The notes under the pieces are model-generated. The model saw only the letters and a program-made list of their open reading frames with translations, was not told the origin of the DNA and searched no databases. Below are positions 20,272 to 36,437 of a stretch of 64,000 bases of DNA, piece after piece. The position numbers and the translations under genes were made by a program. Every line of letters begins with the position of its first letter. Within the stretch, counting starts at the first letter, position 1. Source of the DNA: the human T2T-CHM13v2.0 reference genome, Homo sapiens; the NCBI RefSeq assembly GCF_009914755.1, contig NC_060931.1, one strand, 5' to 3'.

Positions 20272-21020
20272 GTGAGCATCAGCATCACCTGCCTTCCTCA
20301 CTAGCTGTGGCTGCTTCCACATTGCTTGAAACAGGGCTTCTTTTTCTTTTTCTTCTTTCTTTTTGAGATAGGGTCTCCCTCTGTTGAACAGGCTGGAAAG
20401 TGTAGTGTGTGATCATCGTGTACTATGGCCTGGAACTCTTGGCCTCAAGTGATCCTCTTGCCTCAGCCTTCAGAGTAGCTGGCACTACAGGCATGCACCA
20501 CCACACCCTGCACAGAACTTCTTGAGAGCCAAAATATTGAAGCTAAAGTCCAGCTTAAGACTGGAATTCCCAAATAGATTTAGTTTCTAGAGTTGTCCTG
20601 TTATTTCTCCTTGTTTCTCTGCCCATTTTCCTTTACCTTTTGAAAATGTTAAATCCTACACCAAAGTCAAAAGCACGTTATGGTGAATTCCACTTTGTTT
20701 TGCCAGTTGTTAACATTTTGCTATATTTGATCTCTTTTTATATTTATTTATTTATTTTGGGCTGAACCATTGAAAGTAAGTGCAAAAGCCCCTCTTTGGT
20801 TTTTGTTTTATATATTATAAAATTCACCCATTTAAGTATACAATTTAGTGACTTTTAGAACATTTAGTGGGTTATGTCACCATCACTATAATCCTGTTTT
20901 AGAACATTTTTGTCACCCTCATACCACACTTCCTTTTAAAAGTTACACAAATCATACATGTTGACTTTAGAAAAAGAAAATACAGTTAAGCAAAGAAATC
21001 CTGCCACCCAGAAATAAAGA

Positions 21021-21337
<317 letters not shown>

Positions 21338-21362
21338 AGAAACAAATATTGTTAATCTTAAT

Positions 21363-22130
21363 CTGGTAGGCAGAATATTCAGCCCCTCCAAGTATCTATG
21401 TTCTAATCCCCAGAACCTGTGAGTATGTTACCTTACTTTATTTTGTTTTGAGACAAAGTCTTGTTCTGTTGCCCAGGCTGGAGTGCAGTGGTAAGATAAG
21501 CTCCTAACTCACTGCAGCCTCCAGCTTCTGTGTTAAAGTGATCCTCCTGCATCAGCCTCCTGAGTAGCTAGGACTACATGTGTGTGCTACCATGCACGGC
21601 TAATTCAAAAGCAATTTTTTTTTTTTTGTAAAGACAGACATGGTCTTGCTATGTTTCCCAGGCTTGTCTGGAACTCCTGAGCTCAAGCAATCCTCCCACC
21701 TTGGCCTTCTGAAGTGCTGGGATGACAGGTGTGAGCCACCATGCCTAGCCTCCTGTTACCTTATTAAAAGGGACTTTACAGATTTGATTAAGGATCTTGA
21801 GATAGGAATAGTATTCTAGATTATCCAGGTGGCCTCAAAATACTTGCAACAGTCTTTGTAAAAGGGAGGCAGGGGGTCAGACCGGGGAAAAAGTGCTAAA
21901 CTGCTGACTTAGAAGATACAGAAGGAGGACCCTGTCAGGGAATGAAGGTGGCCCCGAGAGGCTGGAAAAGATGGAAACACATTCTCCCCGGCAGCCTCCA
22001 AAAGGAACATATCCCTAACAATACCTTGAATTTATGCTTCTGCCTTCCAGAATTAGGGGAATCCGTTTGCGTTGTTTTAAGCCAACAAGTTTGTGGTATT
22101 TTGCTGCAGCAACAGTAGGAAACAAATGCA
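21363..22130 (+). mobile_element. MLT1 (MaLR) solo LTR split by an antisense AluJ (21436-21750)
   Basis: tggtaggcagaat...ctaatccccagaacctgtgagtatgttacctta start; ttttaagccaacaagtttgtggtattttgctgcagcaacagtaggaaac end; tgttacctta duplicated around the Alu. Confidence 0.8.
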
Positions 22131-23800
22131 GCCATGAAGTGAATGTCCTTCTGTACCTTTGAGTTTATGTATAGGTTTAAAAAAAAATGCCCACCTACAC
22201 TAATCAATACGGACAAACATGGGATTGTCTATGCGTATTACTTTGTGATTTCTCTCTTCACCTAATTTGTGGTGAACAACAGATATGTTGTGAACAACTT
22301 TCTATGCTATGTATTTTAATGGCTGCTCCCTCGCTTAGCAATAGTTGATGCAGTATTTATTTTGTTTTTGTATTCTTTTGCTGATGGAGGCTGGCCTTGC
22401 TGGCTGTACATTTATTTTGTTAGTTCTGTTCTGTTTTTTTGTTGATACATCATATGTATCTTGAGAGTTTTCCCAGTAGTGTTCATCGCAGAGGATCCAA
22501 GAAACGTCAAGTTGGTTGGAAGGTAGGTTGTACAATGGAGAAATATTTTTTCTCCCTGACTTAAATTTCTGATTGATTAAACCACAACAGATCACAGCTT
22601 AAGATCCATTCGACAGGCCTTTCTTCACACATCCTGCTTGTCTAGTGTCTTGATTCTCTATTGCTTTTTATCGTGTGGATTTCTACTTCTAGTCAAATAT
22701 AAACAGAAACAGATAAATACTTTCTGAATGTTCTTGTTTCTTTATGGCCTGAGGACTAATCTTTCCTTTCTTTGAAAAGAATGCATTGATGGAAAACATT
22801 TGCTTAAATTACTTTTTTTCCTCTTGGCTTTCTATCAAGTATGAGACAGAGCTCTGCAAAGAATTATATAAGCCTCTGGGAAGCAGCCGAAGGCTCGTAA
22901 ATTTTCTGGGCAATGAGACTGCTTCATCCTGAATCACGTTGCTGTGGGAGGAGGGCACCCTGAGTGACCCTGAGGTATAAACCCCAAGTGCTCTTGAGTG
23001 GAGTCTGCCTCTGTCCTCTCCTGATCAGCACCCTTGGCCTCTTTGTGGGGGTTACATAGGAGCTCGTGCTGATCCCTGAGGGGCTGACCCGAGAGGGGTC
23101 AGGATGCTGAAACTGTCTTCTTAGTGGCTTCTTCACTGCATACCACAGGGCCAGGCACATTGTGAATGTTTGGCAAATATTTGTGGAAGGAATGAATTGT
23201 GGGCTGACCGTGTGCTCTCAGCCTCTATCAGCATTTCATTCTGTCACAGCCATTTTCCCCTGCAAGATTGGTGGAGGGGAAAGGGTAGGCCTCCTGGGAG
23301 AGGTTCTGGATCTTTCTGCCATCTGCTTTGTTCCATGGGTCAGCCCTGAAATTAGGGCATTTGGATGGGTTTGCAGCCTCAAAGTGGAGAATGGATTCTG
23401 CCTGCGAGGATGTGTAAGCATCACTTCATCGATGGTTTGCTGTTACTCAACTTCCAGATTACCTTTTGAGCACCCTTTTAGGAAAGAGAGGAAAGTTAAT
23501 AAATTACATTTTACCCACTGTGTGTCTGGGACTTCTTGCACATGAACTCATTCAAACCTGGAAACAGTCTTCTGAGGCATCATTACCCTCATTGTTTAGA
23601 AATATAATGAGGCCCAGAGAGTTCCACCCATGTGTCCAAGGCCACAATAGCTAATCCATGATGGAGCTGGAATTGGACCCAGGGCTCTCTGACCCATATG
23701 TGTCCTAGACAGACAGAAAGAATGAGTCCCCATTAGGTAGTGACTTGTTGATACCCATATGTGGAGAACCGAGACCTCAAACCAGAAGTCCTAGAGCTCT

Positions 23801-24020
23801 CAGAGGAAACACACCCGCTCAGAGGAAACCCACCTTCCTCAGAGGAAACCCACTCCCCTCAGAAGAAACCCACCCCCGCAGAGGAAACCCACCCCCTCAG
23901 AGGAAACCCACCCCCCTCAGAGGAAACTGACTCTCCGCAGAGGAAACCCACCCCCCGCAGAGGAAACCCACCCACCGCAGAGGAAACCCACCACCAGCAG
24001 AGGAAATCCACCCCCAGCAG
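23801..24020. repeat. Minisatellite, 11 x 19-20 bp, consensus CAGAGGAAACCCACCCCC(C/G/T)
   Basis: Units start at 23801, 23820, 23840, 23860, 23879, 23898, 23918, 23938, 23958, 23978, 23998. Confidence 0.95.
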
Positions 24021-24809
24021 GAGCTGCAGAGTTTCTTGGGTGGGCTATTGGCCGCTTTTAAGTTTTTCTCATCTGTATCTCTTCTGAGGGAGGCATCCTC
24101 ATGGTGAGAACAGAATGATGACTTCTGCATTGGTTAAGGGTTTATACAGAGAGGAGGTTGGTGTTGGAGCCACGTTGGACTATTTCTGCCCGTTTGCTGG
24201 TCAGCACTCATTTCTATACTTAATCTACAAATAGCTTTGTGGAAGTCAGAGCAAGATAGAGGGATAGAGGTTCGAAGCCTTGGTGCTGCCTGGGGTAGGT
24301 GGGGTCTATGGTTCAAGGCTCTGATCTTCATTTTTGCAGGCGGAGAAACTCCATCTATCCATCCATCAAAGATTTATTGAGTTTCTTCATGACCAGGCCC
24401 TGCTCACGGTGTTAGGGATTCAGCAGAAAGAAACACAAACAAAACTTCCTACGCACACAGAGAGTGTTTCCTTGTTGACGCCCTCAATAATGTGTGTGCC
24501 TCAGAGGTTATCAGGCACCTGGGAGACTGACTCACGTTAACTTCCTAGAAGCTGACATACTCACCTGATGCTACATGGTTCCTTGACTGGGTGTGAATCG
24601 ACCTCTACACTGGTTGGAATTCTTGTGCCTGGAATCCTCGGGGCCTGAGAGGCTGAGTTCATTTGACTGCTGACATCAGATCCCAGGGATGTGGGTGGTT
24701 CCAGATGCATTCCCTTTTGCCCTGGAGAAGGCCCTGCACCTGAATGCATCTTGGAGGGGAGATTATATTTGAATTGATAAAATTTGGTGACTGCTTAGCT
24801 CAGTGTTAG

Positions 24810-26020
24810 AAGTTTTTAAAATTTGTGGTAAAATATACTTAACATCTTTACCTTGTTAACCATTTTAAGTGTACAGTTTAGTGGCATCAAATATATTCAC
24901 AATGTTGTATAACCATTACTATCATCTACACTCAGAACTCTTTCATCATCCCCAACATAAACCCATTACACAATAACTCCCGATTCCTCCCTCCTATCAA
25001 CCTCTGACAACCACCTTTCTTTCTGTCTCTACCAATTTGCCTATTCTAAGTGCCTCACTTGAGTGGAATCATACAATATTTCTCTTTCTGTGTCTGTCTT
25101 ATTTTACTTAGCATAATGTTTTCAAGGTCTATTTGTATTTTAGCATTTATCAAAATTTCAAGCTGGGCGCGGTGGCTCACGCCTGTAATCCCAGCACTTT
25201 GGGAGGCTGAAGCAGGCGGATAACCTGAGGTCAGGAGTTCAAGATCAGCCTGGCCAACATGGTGAAACCCTGTCTCTACTAAAAACACAAAAATTAGCCA
25301 GGTGTGGTGGTACGCGTCTGTAATCTTAGCTGAGGCAGGGAAATCGCTTGAACCCGGGGGACGGAGGTTGCAGTGAGCTGAGAACATGCCAATGCACTCC
25401 AGCCTGGATGACAGAGCAAGACTCCATCTCAAAAAAAAAAAAATTAATTCCTCATTTCTGGCTAATAAATTTCATTCCTTTTTATTGCTGAATGAATATT
25501 CCATTGGATGTATATACTACATTTTGTTGATCAGTTCGTCTGGTGATGAACACTTAGGCTGTTTCTACTTTTTGTCTGTTGTGAATAATGCTTAATGCTT
25601 CTGTGAATATGAGTGTACAAATATCTGTTCGCATCTCCAGCTTCAATTCTTTTGTATATATACCCAAGAAAGATATTTTTATTTAATGTTTTCTTGAAAT
25701 ATAATTCACATACTATAAAAATAATCATGTTAAAGTTTACAATTTAGTTGTTTTTAGTATATTAACCAGGTAACATAACCATTACCTCTACCTAATTCCA
25801 GCACAGTTTCATCACTCCAAAAAGTAACCCATAACCATTAGCGGTCACTCTCCGTACCCTGTCCTCATCCATCCACTGCCCCCACGCTGGCAACAGGTAG
25901 TCTATTTCTTGTCTGTATGGATTTGCTTATGCTGGATGTTTCCATATCCCTGGAATCCTACAGTATGTGGCCTTTTGTGTCTGGCTTCTTTCACTTAGCA
26001 TAATGTTTTCGGGTTCATTC
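24810..26020 (-). mobile_element. L1M (L1MB-like) 3' fragments with an inserted + Alu (25161-25442)
   Basis: cattttaagtgtacagtttagtggcat...; minus-strand [22 protein letters not shown]. Confidence 0.85.
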
Positions 26021-26584
26021 CCAGGTGATTTTTAACAGGTTACCAAGGTTGAGGAACCATAGATCTGCCTCTGCAGACACCCACCCTGTCCATGTGTGTT
26101 AGCTTCCCACACAGAGCCATCCGTGGCCTGGCTTTGAGCAGCCTTCTGGCCAATGGCAGGCTGTACTTCCTGGTTCCTGTGGGAAGGAGCCTGCACCCCA
26201 CTCCACCCACACCAGCAGCCCCTGTTTTGAGTGAGTAGCAGGCACCTGTGTTCTGCTATTAAAGCACACGCTTCTCAAATTATTACCTTTAACTTTGGCC
26301 AGCCCCAAAATTTGTACCTCCATTTTCTCAGGATTTTAATGAGAATTAAACAATACATGTTTAATTTAGAAGAATGCCTGGTACTCAATAAACGCCTATT
26401 AAATATGAGCGTGAGTGTGTTTCTATTAGAGATAGGAGAGAGACCAATCAAGAAGCAGACACAGAAAAGTACGTGTTGGGACAGGAGGTAAGGAGGGACT
26501 GTTGGAGTTTGTGTATCTCTATCTGAATTTTGTCATTAGCTGTGTTATTCTCTTGAATAAGTAATATCATGTCTGAATTTTTCA

Positions 26585-26880
26585 TTTCTTTCTTTCTTTC
26601 TTTTTTGAGGACGGAGTCTCACTCTGTTGCCCAGGCTAGAGTACAGTGGTGCAATCCTAACTCACTGTAGCCTTGACCTCCTGGCCTCAAGCAATCCTCC
26701 TGCCTCAACCTCCCGAGTATCTGGGACTACAAGTGCTCACCACCACGCCCAGCTAATTTTTTTGTAGAGACATTTGGCTGTGTTGCCTAGGCTGGTCTCA
26801 AACCCCTGGCCTCAAGTGATCCTCCCACCTCAGCCTCCCAGAGTTGAGATTATAGGCATGAGCCACCACCATACCTAACC
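26585..26880 (-). mobile_element. AluJ
   Basis: Alu consensus. Confidence 0.85.
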
Positions 26881-27781
26881 TGAGTTGGTTTTTTTATATG
26901 TAAAATGCTGATGATAATAAAATATGTCCTTGACTCTAGGTAACATGATTTTAAAATATTTTACATTTAAACTTCTCTGAAATGATTTGGGCTGGGGGAT
27001 GTATTACAACTGATGCATATGTTTAAGTGTCCCCCACGCCCCTGGGAAGCTGTCGTTAAATTCCTGGGGTTATGGCCATGCCTACCCCATAAGGTTGCTG
27101 CAGGGATTTAAAGGGAAAATGTAGGTGAAAAATACTTTGGCAAACTGTAAAACATTATTCAGATGTGAGCTACTGTCTTCAAAATTGGAAATTATGGAAA
27201 AGTTAATAAATAATTTAGTATAGAACAAATAGGATGTATTCTAAAAGCACCTTGTGACTGTTAGGTGTATGATCATAAGGGGCCAATTTTGGGGGAGAGG
27301 TGTTTTTTTCTTTATGAAGTTTATGTTATGTTTTTCTTGAGCAGTGGTAGGACATTGGAGTGATTTCACTCTACGGCTGATTTTCTCACCCCACCTCTTA
27401 CTTCCAGTGGGCAAGGGGCAAGTATTAATTTGGCTGGGTTTGAGTTTCCTCATCTGTGATCAACTTAGCCACTCATCTTTCAGGCTCAACGATTCCATGG
27501 GGCAATAGTCCATAGTCTTGAATTTTAGTCCAAACTGTGCTCATTACAGGCTGTGAGACCCACGGCAAATCTGTGCCTCCGTTTATCCACCTGTAAAATG
27601 AGGATGAGGTTACATCTAACAGCCCTTTCAGCGTCAGTCTTGGAGTCCTCCTAGGGTTCTGTATCTGGGTGCCCGTTTTCCTCACTTGGAGGGCCTTGAG
27701 GACATACCTGGTGACACTGGGGAGGCCCATGTGCTGCAGCCTGCAGGGGTCATTCATTAATTCCCCGTGTCTGTCCTTTAG

Positions 27782-27968
27782 GGAATATCCCCGGCTCGGC
27801 TGTGCTGGTGTTTGACATCCATGTGATCGACTTCCACAACCCTTCGGACTCCATCAGCATCACCTCCCACTACAAACCCCCTGACTGCTCAGTGCTGAGT
27901 AAGAAGGGAGATTACCTCAAATATCACTACAATGCCTCACTTCTGGATGGGACCCTGCTGGACTCCAC
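27782..27968 (+). CDS. FKBP9: FKBP9 coding exon 7 (187 bp)
   Basis: ctttag|GGAATATC...TCCAC|gtaag; NIPGSAVLVFDIHVIDFHNPSDS...YHYNASLLDGTLLDS; read by hand, not in the ORF track in this frame. Confidence 0.95.
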
Positions 27969-28223
27969 GTAAGGGCAACCAGAATGGTGTGGGAGTGAGC
28001 CTGGAGGGTGACAGTTGCATGCTCCCACCATCCTCCTCTCTTGGGTAGATGCTGGTTGAGAGCTTTTATCTCCATGCTGCCCCACTGCATAGCTCGTGGC
28101 TGCATCACTGCTCAGGTGCATTGTGTTAAGAGTTTCCTATTAATGGTCTTGCCCTGCTGCAGGTCATTTTTCACCCCATGAAATTGTCTTTCTGAAAAGC
28201 AGATCTCATCGTATAACTGCTAT

Positions 28224-28370
28224 CTTTCCTTCCTTCCTTCCTTCCTTCCTTCCTTCCTTCCTTCCTTGCTCCCTCCCTCCCTCCCTTCCTCTTCTTTCCT
28301 TTCTTTCTCTTTCTCTCTTTCTCTCTTTTTTTCCTTCCTTCCTTCCTTTCTTTCTTTTTTTTTTTTTTTT
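28224..28370. repeat. Polypyrimidine (TTCC)n/(CT)n/T tract
   Basis: Direct reading. Confidence 0.9.
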
Positions 28371-28388
28371 GATAAAGTCTCACTCTTT

Positions 28389-29456
<1,068 letters not shown>

Positions 29457-29519
29457 ACCCTATGGATATACTCTTCAGAGCTCTCCCTCTCGGTATGGGA
29501 TCCTGTATGCTAATGCATT

Positions 29520-29681
29520 TAATGTATTTCAACAACTCTAAAGAGCGTGATGGAAACATTTCATGTATCTCTGACCAAGTAAAAACGCTAACTGATGACA
29601 TACTGTCAGTCATAAAATGTATCCTAATTATAGAAAGGTTAAACTGTGAAAAAATATGCATTTTAGAATCAGTGAAATATG
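29520..29681. mobile_element. MER104-like TcMar MITE
   Basis: tgtatttcaacaactctaa...gtgaaaaaatatgcattttagaatcagtgaaata resembles recalled MER104 termini. Confidence 0.5.
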
Positions 29682-31721
29682 TGCTAGGCTTCCAGGGCCC
29701 AGATGTACAGGGACCTGGCTTACAACAGACCTTGCAAAGAAATCCCAACCACTGACTATTAGAAGCTAGCGGGAGGCAGGGCAGCAGGGAAGGGGCATGG
29801 CTTGTAGTGCTTTTGTGGATCAAGTGAGCTCCTAAGAGTGAAAATGGTCCATGAGGTTAGAAGGGTCTGTAAGGTCCGTGGCTGCTGTCACTGCTCCTGC
29901 TGATGTTCATATTCCTGTCCGCTGATCCTGAGGCTGAGGAAAGGGGAAGTGGGTGTGGGGAATGAACAAAGGAATTCCTTCTCGGAGGCTCCAGGATCTG
30001 CTTCTCACGTGGGGCGGGGAGAGTCAGTCTCCCTGCCTCCTGCTTGTGTTTGAAGGACTCATAACATCCTGGCAGAGCACTCAGGAGCCACATGAGCCAG
30101 AGCTCCTTATCAGGAAGTGCATTTTGTACTCTGAGAGCCTCTGTATTACATGTAAATCTGCAGCAGAAGAGTAGCGGCTGGCGTCCCTGCTGGTGTCTTC
30201 CTGGTGTGAGCTTCAGAATACTGGGCTAATGGAAAGCTTGGCCAGCACCTGCCTATCTGGTCCCAGCTAGAGCCCCGTGTGGGCTGGGCCCCATTCATCA
30301 GGACTAAGGCAGCAGCTGCTGCCTAGAAGGGAGGAGAGGAGTGGGAGTGAGCCGGGGAGGGTGAAGCAGGCAGGAAGCTGCAGGCCGGCGGTGGATGGGG
30401 CCAGGAAGCATGCAGGGGGAGTGAGGACCGTGTTTGAGAGAAACACTGCCCAAGAGAGAAAGAAAGAAAATCACAGGACCCGAGGAAAAAGAATGAGTGG
30501 TGTGTTCAGAGATGACACATGACAACAAATTGTTTGCTTGGAGAATTTTCTTACGCTTGCGTGTTTAAACTGGCCTCAAGGAGGAAGAAGAAACATGCGT
30601 TCCTGGATGACTGAGTTCTGGAATATTCTGTCATAAGACTTTGCAACTGGAGTAGCCCCAGAGAAAGGCAGGCAGTGAGAGTTGGCTCCCTCCCCAAAGC
30701 CATCCCTGAGTTGGCTTTGTTTGGGGTTCCTCCCAGGTGGGAAAACACAAACCCTGTCTTGGTTTGCTGGTAATCAGCTGGAGGAGGGAAAGAAGTGGCT
30801 GCCCTGGGTCCAGGGGAGGTCGGGAAGCCTGAGAAGAGGATATGACCCAAAGGGGCACCCGTCCATGTTGTCCCCAGTGCTCATGGGCATCAAGGGGGGT
30901 CAGGGGGCTTTTCTCCTTGGAGTAAAGAACATCAACACTGTTTGCCTTTAGGAAGTGATAGGAATGGCATAGATTTTGGCGTAGATTTATTTTTAGTAGT
31001 GACCGAAGTGATAGAGCAAACTTTTTTTTAACTGGCTTCCTGAGGCCCATGGCCATCAAGGATAATTAAACTCTTGGTGGTCTTTTTTTTTTTTTTTTAG
31101 TCTTAGACTGCTACAGACATAAACACTTTACACCTCAAGGCCAAACATTTATTGAGCCCTTTGTACTTCCCCTCCACTGTGCCAAGCATAACATGTTATT
31201 TGCGATTTAAAACGTCCCTGTGAGATAGCTATATTTGTTGTCTCCGTTTCATAGATAAAGTAACAGAGATTACATTTCTCAGGGTTAAATTAAGTGGCAG
31301 AACCAGGAATCCATCTCAGGTCTTGCTGAATCCAAAAGCCAGGGTTTTTTGTCTTGTTTTTGTTTTTGAGACAGAGTCTCACTCTGTCTCACAGGCTGGA
31401 GTGCAGGGGCACGATCCTGGCTCACTGCAGCCTCCACCTCCTGGGCTCAAGCAAAAAGGACCCCATTCCACTATGCTTCTCCACTCTGGAACTTCCACAG
31501 TCTTGCCTGGATTTTCATGGCCTTGACAGTTTTGAAGATGACAGCCAGACATTTTTCAGCATGTGCCCCAATTTGTTTTTGTCTGATGTTTCCTCATGAT
31601 TAGATAGGGATTTGCATTTCTTTGGTAGAAATATCCTAGAAGTGATGTGTTCTTCTCATGGGAACACTCTCAGTGCCAATGGGTTGGTGACCTAACATGA
31701 GGCTCTTCTGTTTCATTTTAG

Positions 31722-31867
31722 GTGGAATTTAGGCAAAACTTACAATATTGTTCTGGGATCTGGGCAAGTTGTGTTGGGGATGGACATGGGTCTCAGAGAG
31801 ATGTGCGTTGGCGAGAAACGGACAGTGATCATTCCGCCTCACCTGGGCTATGGGGAAGCTGGCGTGG
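31722..31867 (+). CDS. FKBP9: FKBP9 coding exon 8 (146 bp)
   Basis: ttttag|GTGGAAT...GGCGTGG|gtgag; [48 protein letters not shown]. Confidence 0.95.
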
Positions 31868-32391
31868 GTGAGTAAGCAACGCTATTCAAGGGTGTTGGGG
31901 GCCCGCTTACTATCTGAATTTTGTGCTTTTTGGGGTGCCATAGTTAGAATCACAGCATGCTTCTTACATGTAATACCCAAAGAGTGTGTGGTTTCTATTT
32001 TTAAAAAATTATTTAGTATTTTTGTTTGGAGACCCCTGTGAATTCAGTGAGCCACGTCAATGCTCCATTACCCTCTTGAGAAAGAACCAGTTTGAGTGAA
32101 ATAAATCTTGGATCTTCAGACCCATGTGTGGGAGGTGTCCCCAGGGGAGCTGTCCGGGAGGTTTCTCTGGGGTCAGACTGAGCACGTCCTTCTGGAACTG
32201 TTTCCTGGGACAGGTGGAATGCTGTAGGCCGTTGCTTTTCACTTCTGAGCCTGTAGGCTGTCCAAGACAGTTTCCTTTGGGAGAGATTAGTTGCAAGTTC
32301 TTGAAATACTGGCTTTACCTCATCCTCACAGTGGTTATGTTTTACTCCATCATTTCAGCCACAATGTGTCCTCCACGTGGGGATTCAATAA

Positions 32392-33167
<776 letters not shown>

Positions 33168-33657
33168 TTAAGACTTTTTCTGTGATATATTATTAATAAT
33201 TATAATACATAGCATATTATATATAACATATAATCTAGATAAAATATAATAATTTGGAATAATACACATTACCTTTATATATTCCATACTTAGATAACTT
33301 CTTTGGACCTATACTGTATACACTATTCTTGAATTTGTGCTTACAGTCAAATCTTGGATCATCATCTTCAGGCATATTGTTCAGATTCTAAAAGTTCTGC
33401 TGTTAGATTTACTTAAAAGTTTTACCATTGTATTGTAGTCTCTACAAGCAGCTTTCAAACTTTTTTCCACAAGACACACAGTAAGAAATACATTTTATTT
33501 CCCAATCTGTATTCCACATAAACATACAAGTTACACATATACACATTTATTTATTTCTTTTTAATCAACACATCACAAATTTGCTTGTCCTGTTTGCACG
33601 GAGGTCATGCTATTCTTCTCAGTATGGTTCCAATTTTAGTATGTGTTGCTAAAGTGA

Positions 33658-34058
<401 letters not shown>

Positions 34059-34282
34059 TAAAAAATAACTAAACGCTGGTCACCACCCTCTAAACTGATT
34101 TCGTGAGTCATTAACGGGCCACTGCCTACAGTGAGAAAGTGACTAGCCTCTGCTCCGCTTTCTTGCTTTGGTCAGAAGTCCCACCCTGAGTGAGGCTGCT
34201 GGAGGTTGGGGTGGGTGCTGGTTGTTGGGCTTGACTGCTGCCTGCCGGCTGACACCGCCTCCCGCTCCTGTCACCTGGACAG

Positions 34283-34446
34283 ATGGAGAAGTGCCCGGCA
34301 GTGCCGTATTAGTGTTTGACATTGAGCTGCTGGAGCTGGTGGCTGGCCTTCCTGAGGGGTACATGTTCATATGGAATGGTGAGGTGTCACCCAACCTCTT
34401 TGAAGAAATTGACAAGGATGGCAACGGAGAAGTCCTCCTGGAAGAG
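34283..34446 (+). CDS. FKBP9: FKBP9 coding exon 9 (164 bp; end of FKBP domain 4 plus EF-hand 1)
   Basis: ggacag|ATGGAGAA...GAAGAG|gtaac; GEVPGSAVLVFDIELL...DKDGNGEVLLEE (EF-hand loop). Confidence 0.95.
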
Positions 34447-34899
34447 GTAACTAACTGGCCTCTGTAGGAAGGTGGGACCGAAGAGCTCAGGGAGCCTGGT
34501 AAGGCCGTGGGGCCGGTTCTGAAGGTAAGGACTTCTAAGGGTGAGGCCAGCTGGCTGGAGGGCTTGTGAGATGACCAGCACACTTGTGTGCCAAGCGCTT
34601 TTACACACACCCTCTCGATGGAAGCTCACCATTCCTCTCTGAAGAAACCGATTCCCTAAGAGGTGTAGGGCATGATTCCAGGGCACACAGTCTGCATTTA
34701 GTTCTCGTTACTGGGTGCTCAATGCCTGCCTGTATGTGCTGAGTGTATTCTCTGATTTGGCCCTCACAGCAGCTGTTTTTTAGAAGAAACTGCACAGAGA
34801 AGGTAAATGACTTGTCCAAGGTCACACAGCTACTCAGTTGTTTGAGCCAGGACCACACTCCTCTTTGTGAAGCTGGGCAATAGAACCATCTGTTCTGTC

Positions 34900-36437
34900 C
34901 CACCCCTGGGGAATTCCAGCTCCCTGCCTCTTCCACATCCGCTATTGAAGCACATCCTCCAGCCTTTTCCTCTCTCTCTCCACATCATCAGCCCTTCTGG
35001 ATCTTTCTCATTTGCATACAAATGTGCTATTATTTTCCCTTCCCTGGATGTGTCTGTTTCTTTCATTGCTTTCCTTCCTTTACAGCAAAAACTTCAAAAG
35101 AATTGTGTGTCCTTTCTGCCTCCAATTCCTCTCCTCCCATTCTCTCCTAAACCCACTCCTTTCTGGCATTTGTCCCTCTATGCCTCTGAGCCTGACCTTG
35201 CCAGGGTGGCCAATGTCTTCCGTATCGCGGAATCCAGTGGTCAGCTCTTACGCTCCTCTTAACTTCAACACAGCTGATTCCCCTACAGGACGCATCTTTC
35301 TCTGGCTTCCAGGACACCACACTTCATGGTGTTCCTTCTACCTCCCTGGTACGTCCCTCTCAGGCCTCTTGTCCCTGATCGCTTCATGTTGGAGTACCCC
35401 GGGCTAAGTCTTGACCTTTGTTCTTTTCTCTGTCTTTAAGTCACTCGCTCAGTGGTCTTATCGGGTCCATATCCTGATGGCGTCTGGATTTGTAGCTCCA
35501 GTCCAGTCTTCTCTCTCCACTTCACACTCATGTGTTCAGCTGCCTGCTTGATGTCCTCATTTATGGAACCCCTGCTATCCACCCGCACACCCCGCTTGGG
35601 GCCTGCTTTACCCAAAGCCTTTCCCGTCGCAGTCAGTGGCATCACTGGCCTCCAGTGGCTCAGGCGAGAGCACTCGGTGATCTCTGACTCCTCTCTTTCT
35701 CTCGTAGGCCGTAATGGTCCTCAGGAAATCATTCCAGCTCTACCTTGAGAGCACACACAGAACCTGACGCTTCTTACCACCCCCACCCTGTAGCATCTTA
35801 GCCCGGGGCCTGTCATCTCTTTCCCGGGTCACACACAGCAGTGGTGTTCATGAAGCTCCTCCTGCCCTCACAGTGGCTGTTCTCACACAGAAGCTGGGTC
35901 AGACCCGCAGAGGCCCCTGTCTACAGGGCCTCACAGTGGCCTGTGAAGACCCTGCACTTTCTGCTCGCTGTAACCTCTTTGCCGGCTGTCTCCCTCTGCC
36001 CACTTTACCCGGCCACACCTGCCCCCAGTGCTGTCTGTGACCACCCAGGCATGCGTCCACCTTGAGCCCTGGCACCGGCTGCCCTCTCTGCTCAGGAGAC
36101 ATCTACCCCAGATAACTTGTTCGGTCCTTTCCTTCTCATCTTTCAAGACTTTGCACAAATCTTCCCTTCTCCTTAAAGTTTTATCCTGACCACTGAATTC
36201 AACACTTCATCCCTTTCTCCCTTCCTTACTGAGCTCCGCTTTTTGATTTTTTTCTGGAGCATTTCACTTTGTAACTTAATGTGTAATTTACCTATTTTTA
36301 TGTTCATGTCTAATTGTCTGTTTCCACTAGAATGCAAGCATCACAGGGGCAGGGTGTTTGTGTATTGATGTATTTCAAGATCTAGAACAGTGTGCTCAGC
36401 ACATAGTAGACCATATGTTTTGATCATATGAATGAAT
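34900..36437 (+). mobile_element. L2 element
   Basis: Pyrimidine-rich L2 body ending ccactagaatgcaagc...cacatagtag...tgaatgaatg. Confidence 0.75.

Noticed and set aside
23745-24130. Repetitive ORFs or CRISPR-like array over the 20-bp repeat
   Set aside because: Head-to-tail minisatellite with no unique spacers, in a eukaryotic intron.
30180-30196. Possible CTCF site ggcgtccctgctggtg
   Set aside because: The GGC core is out of register with the consensus; weak match.
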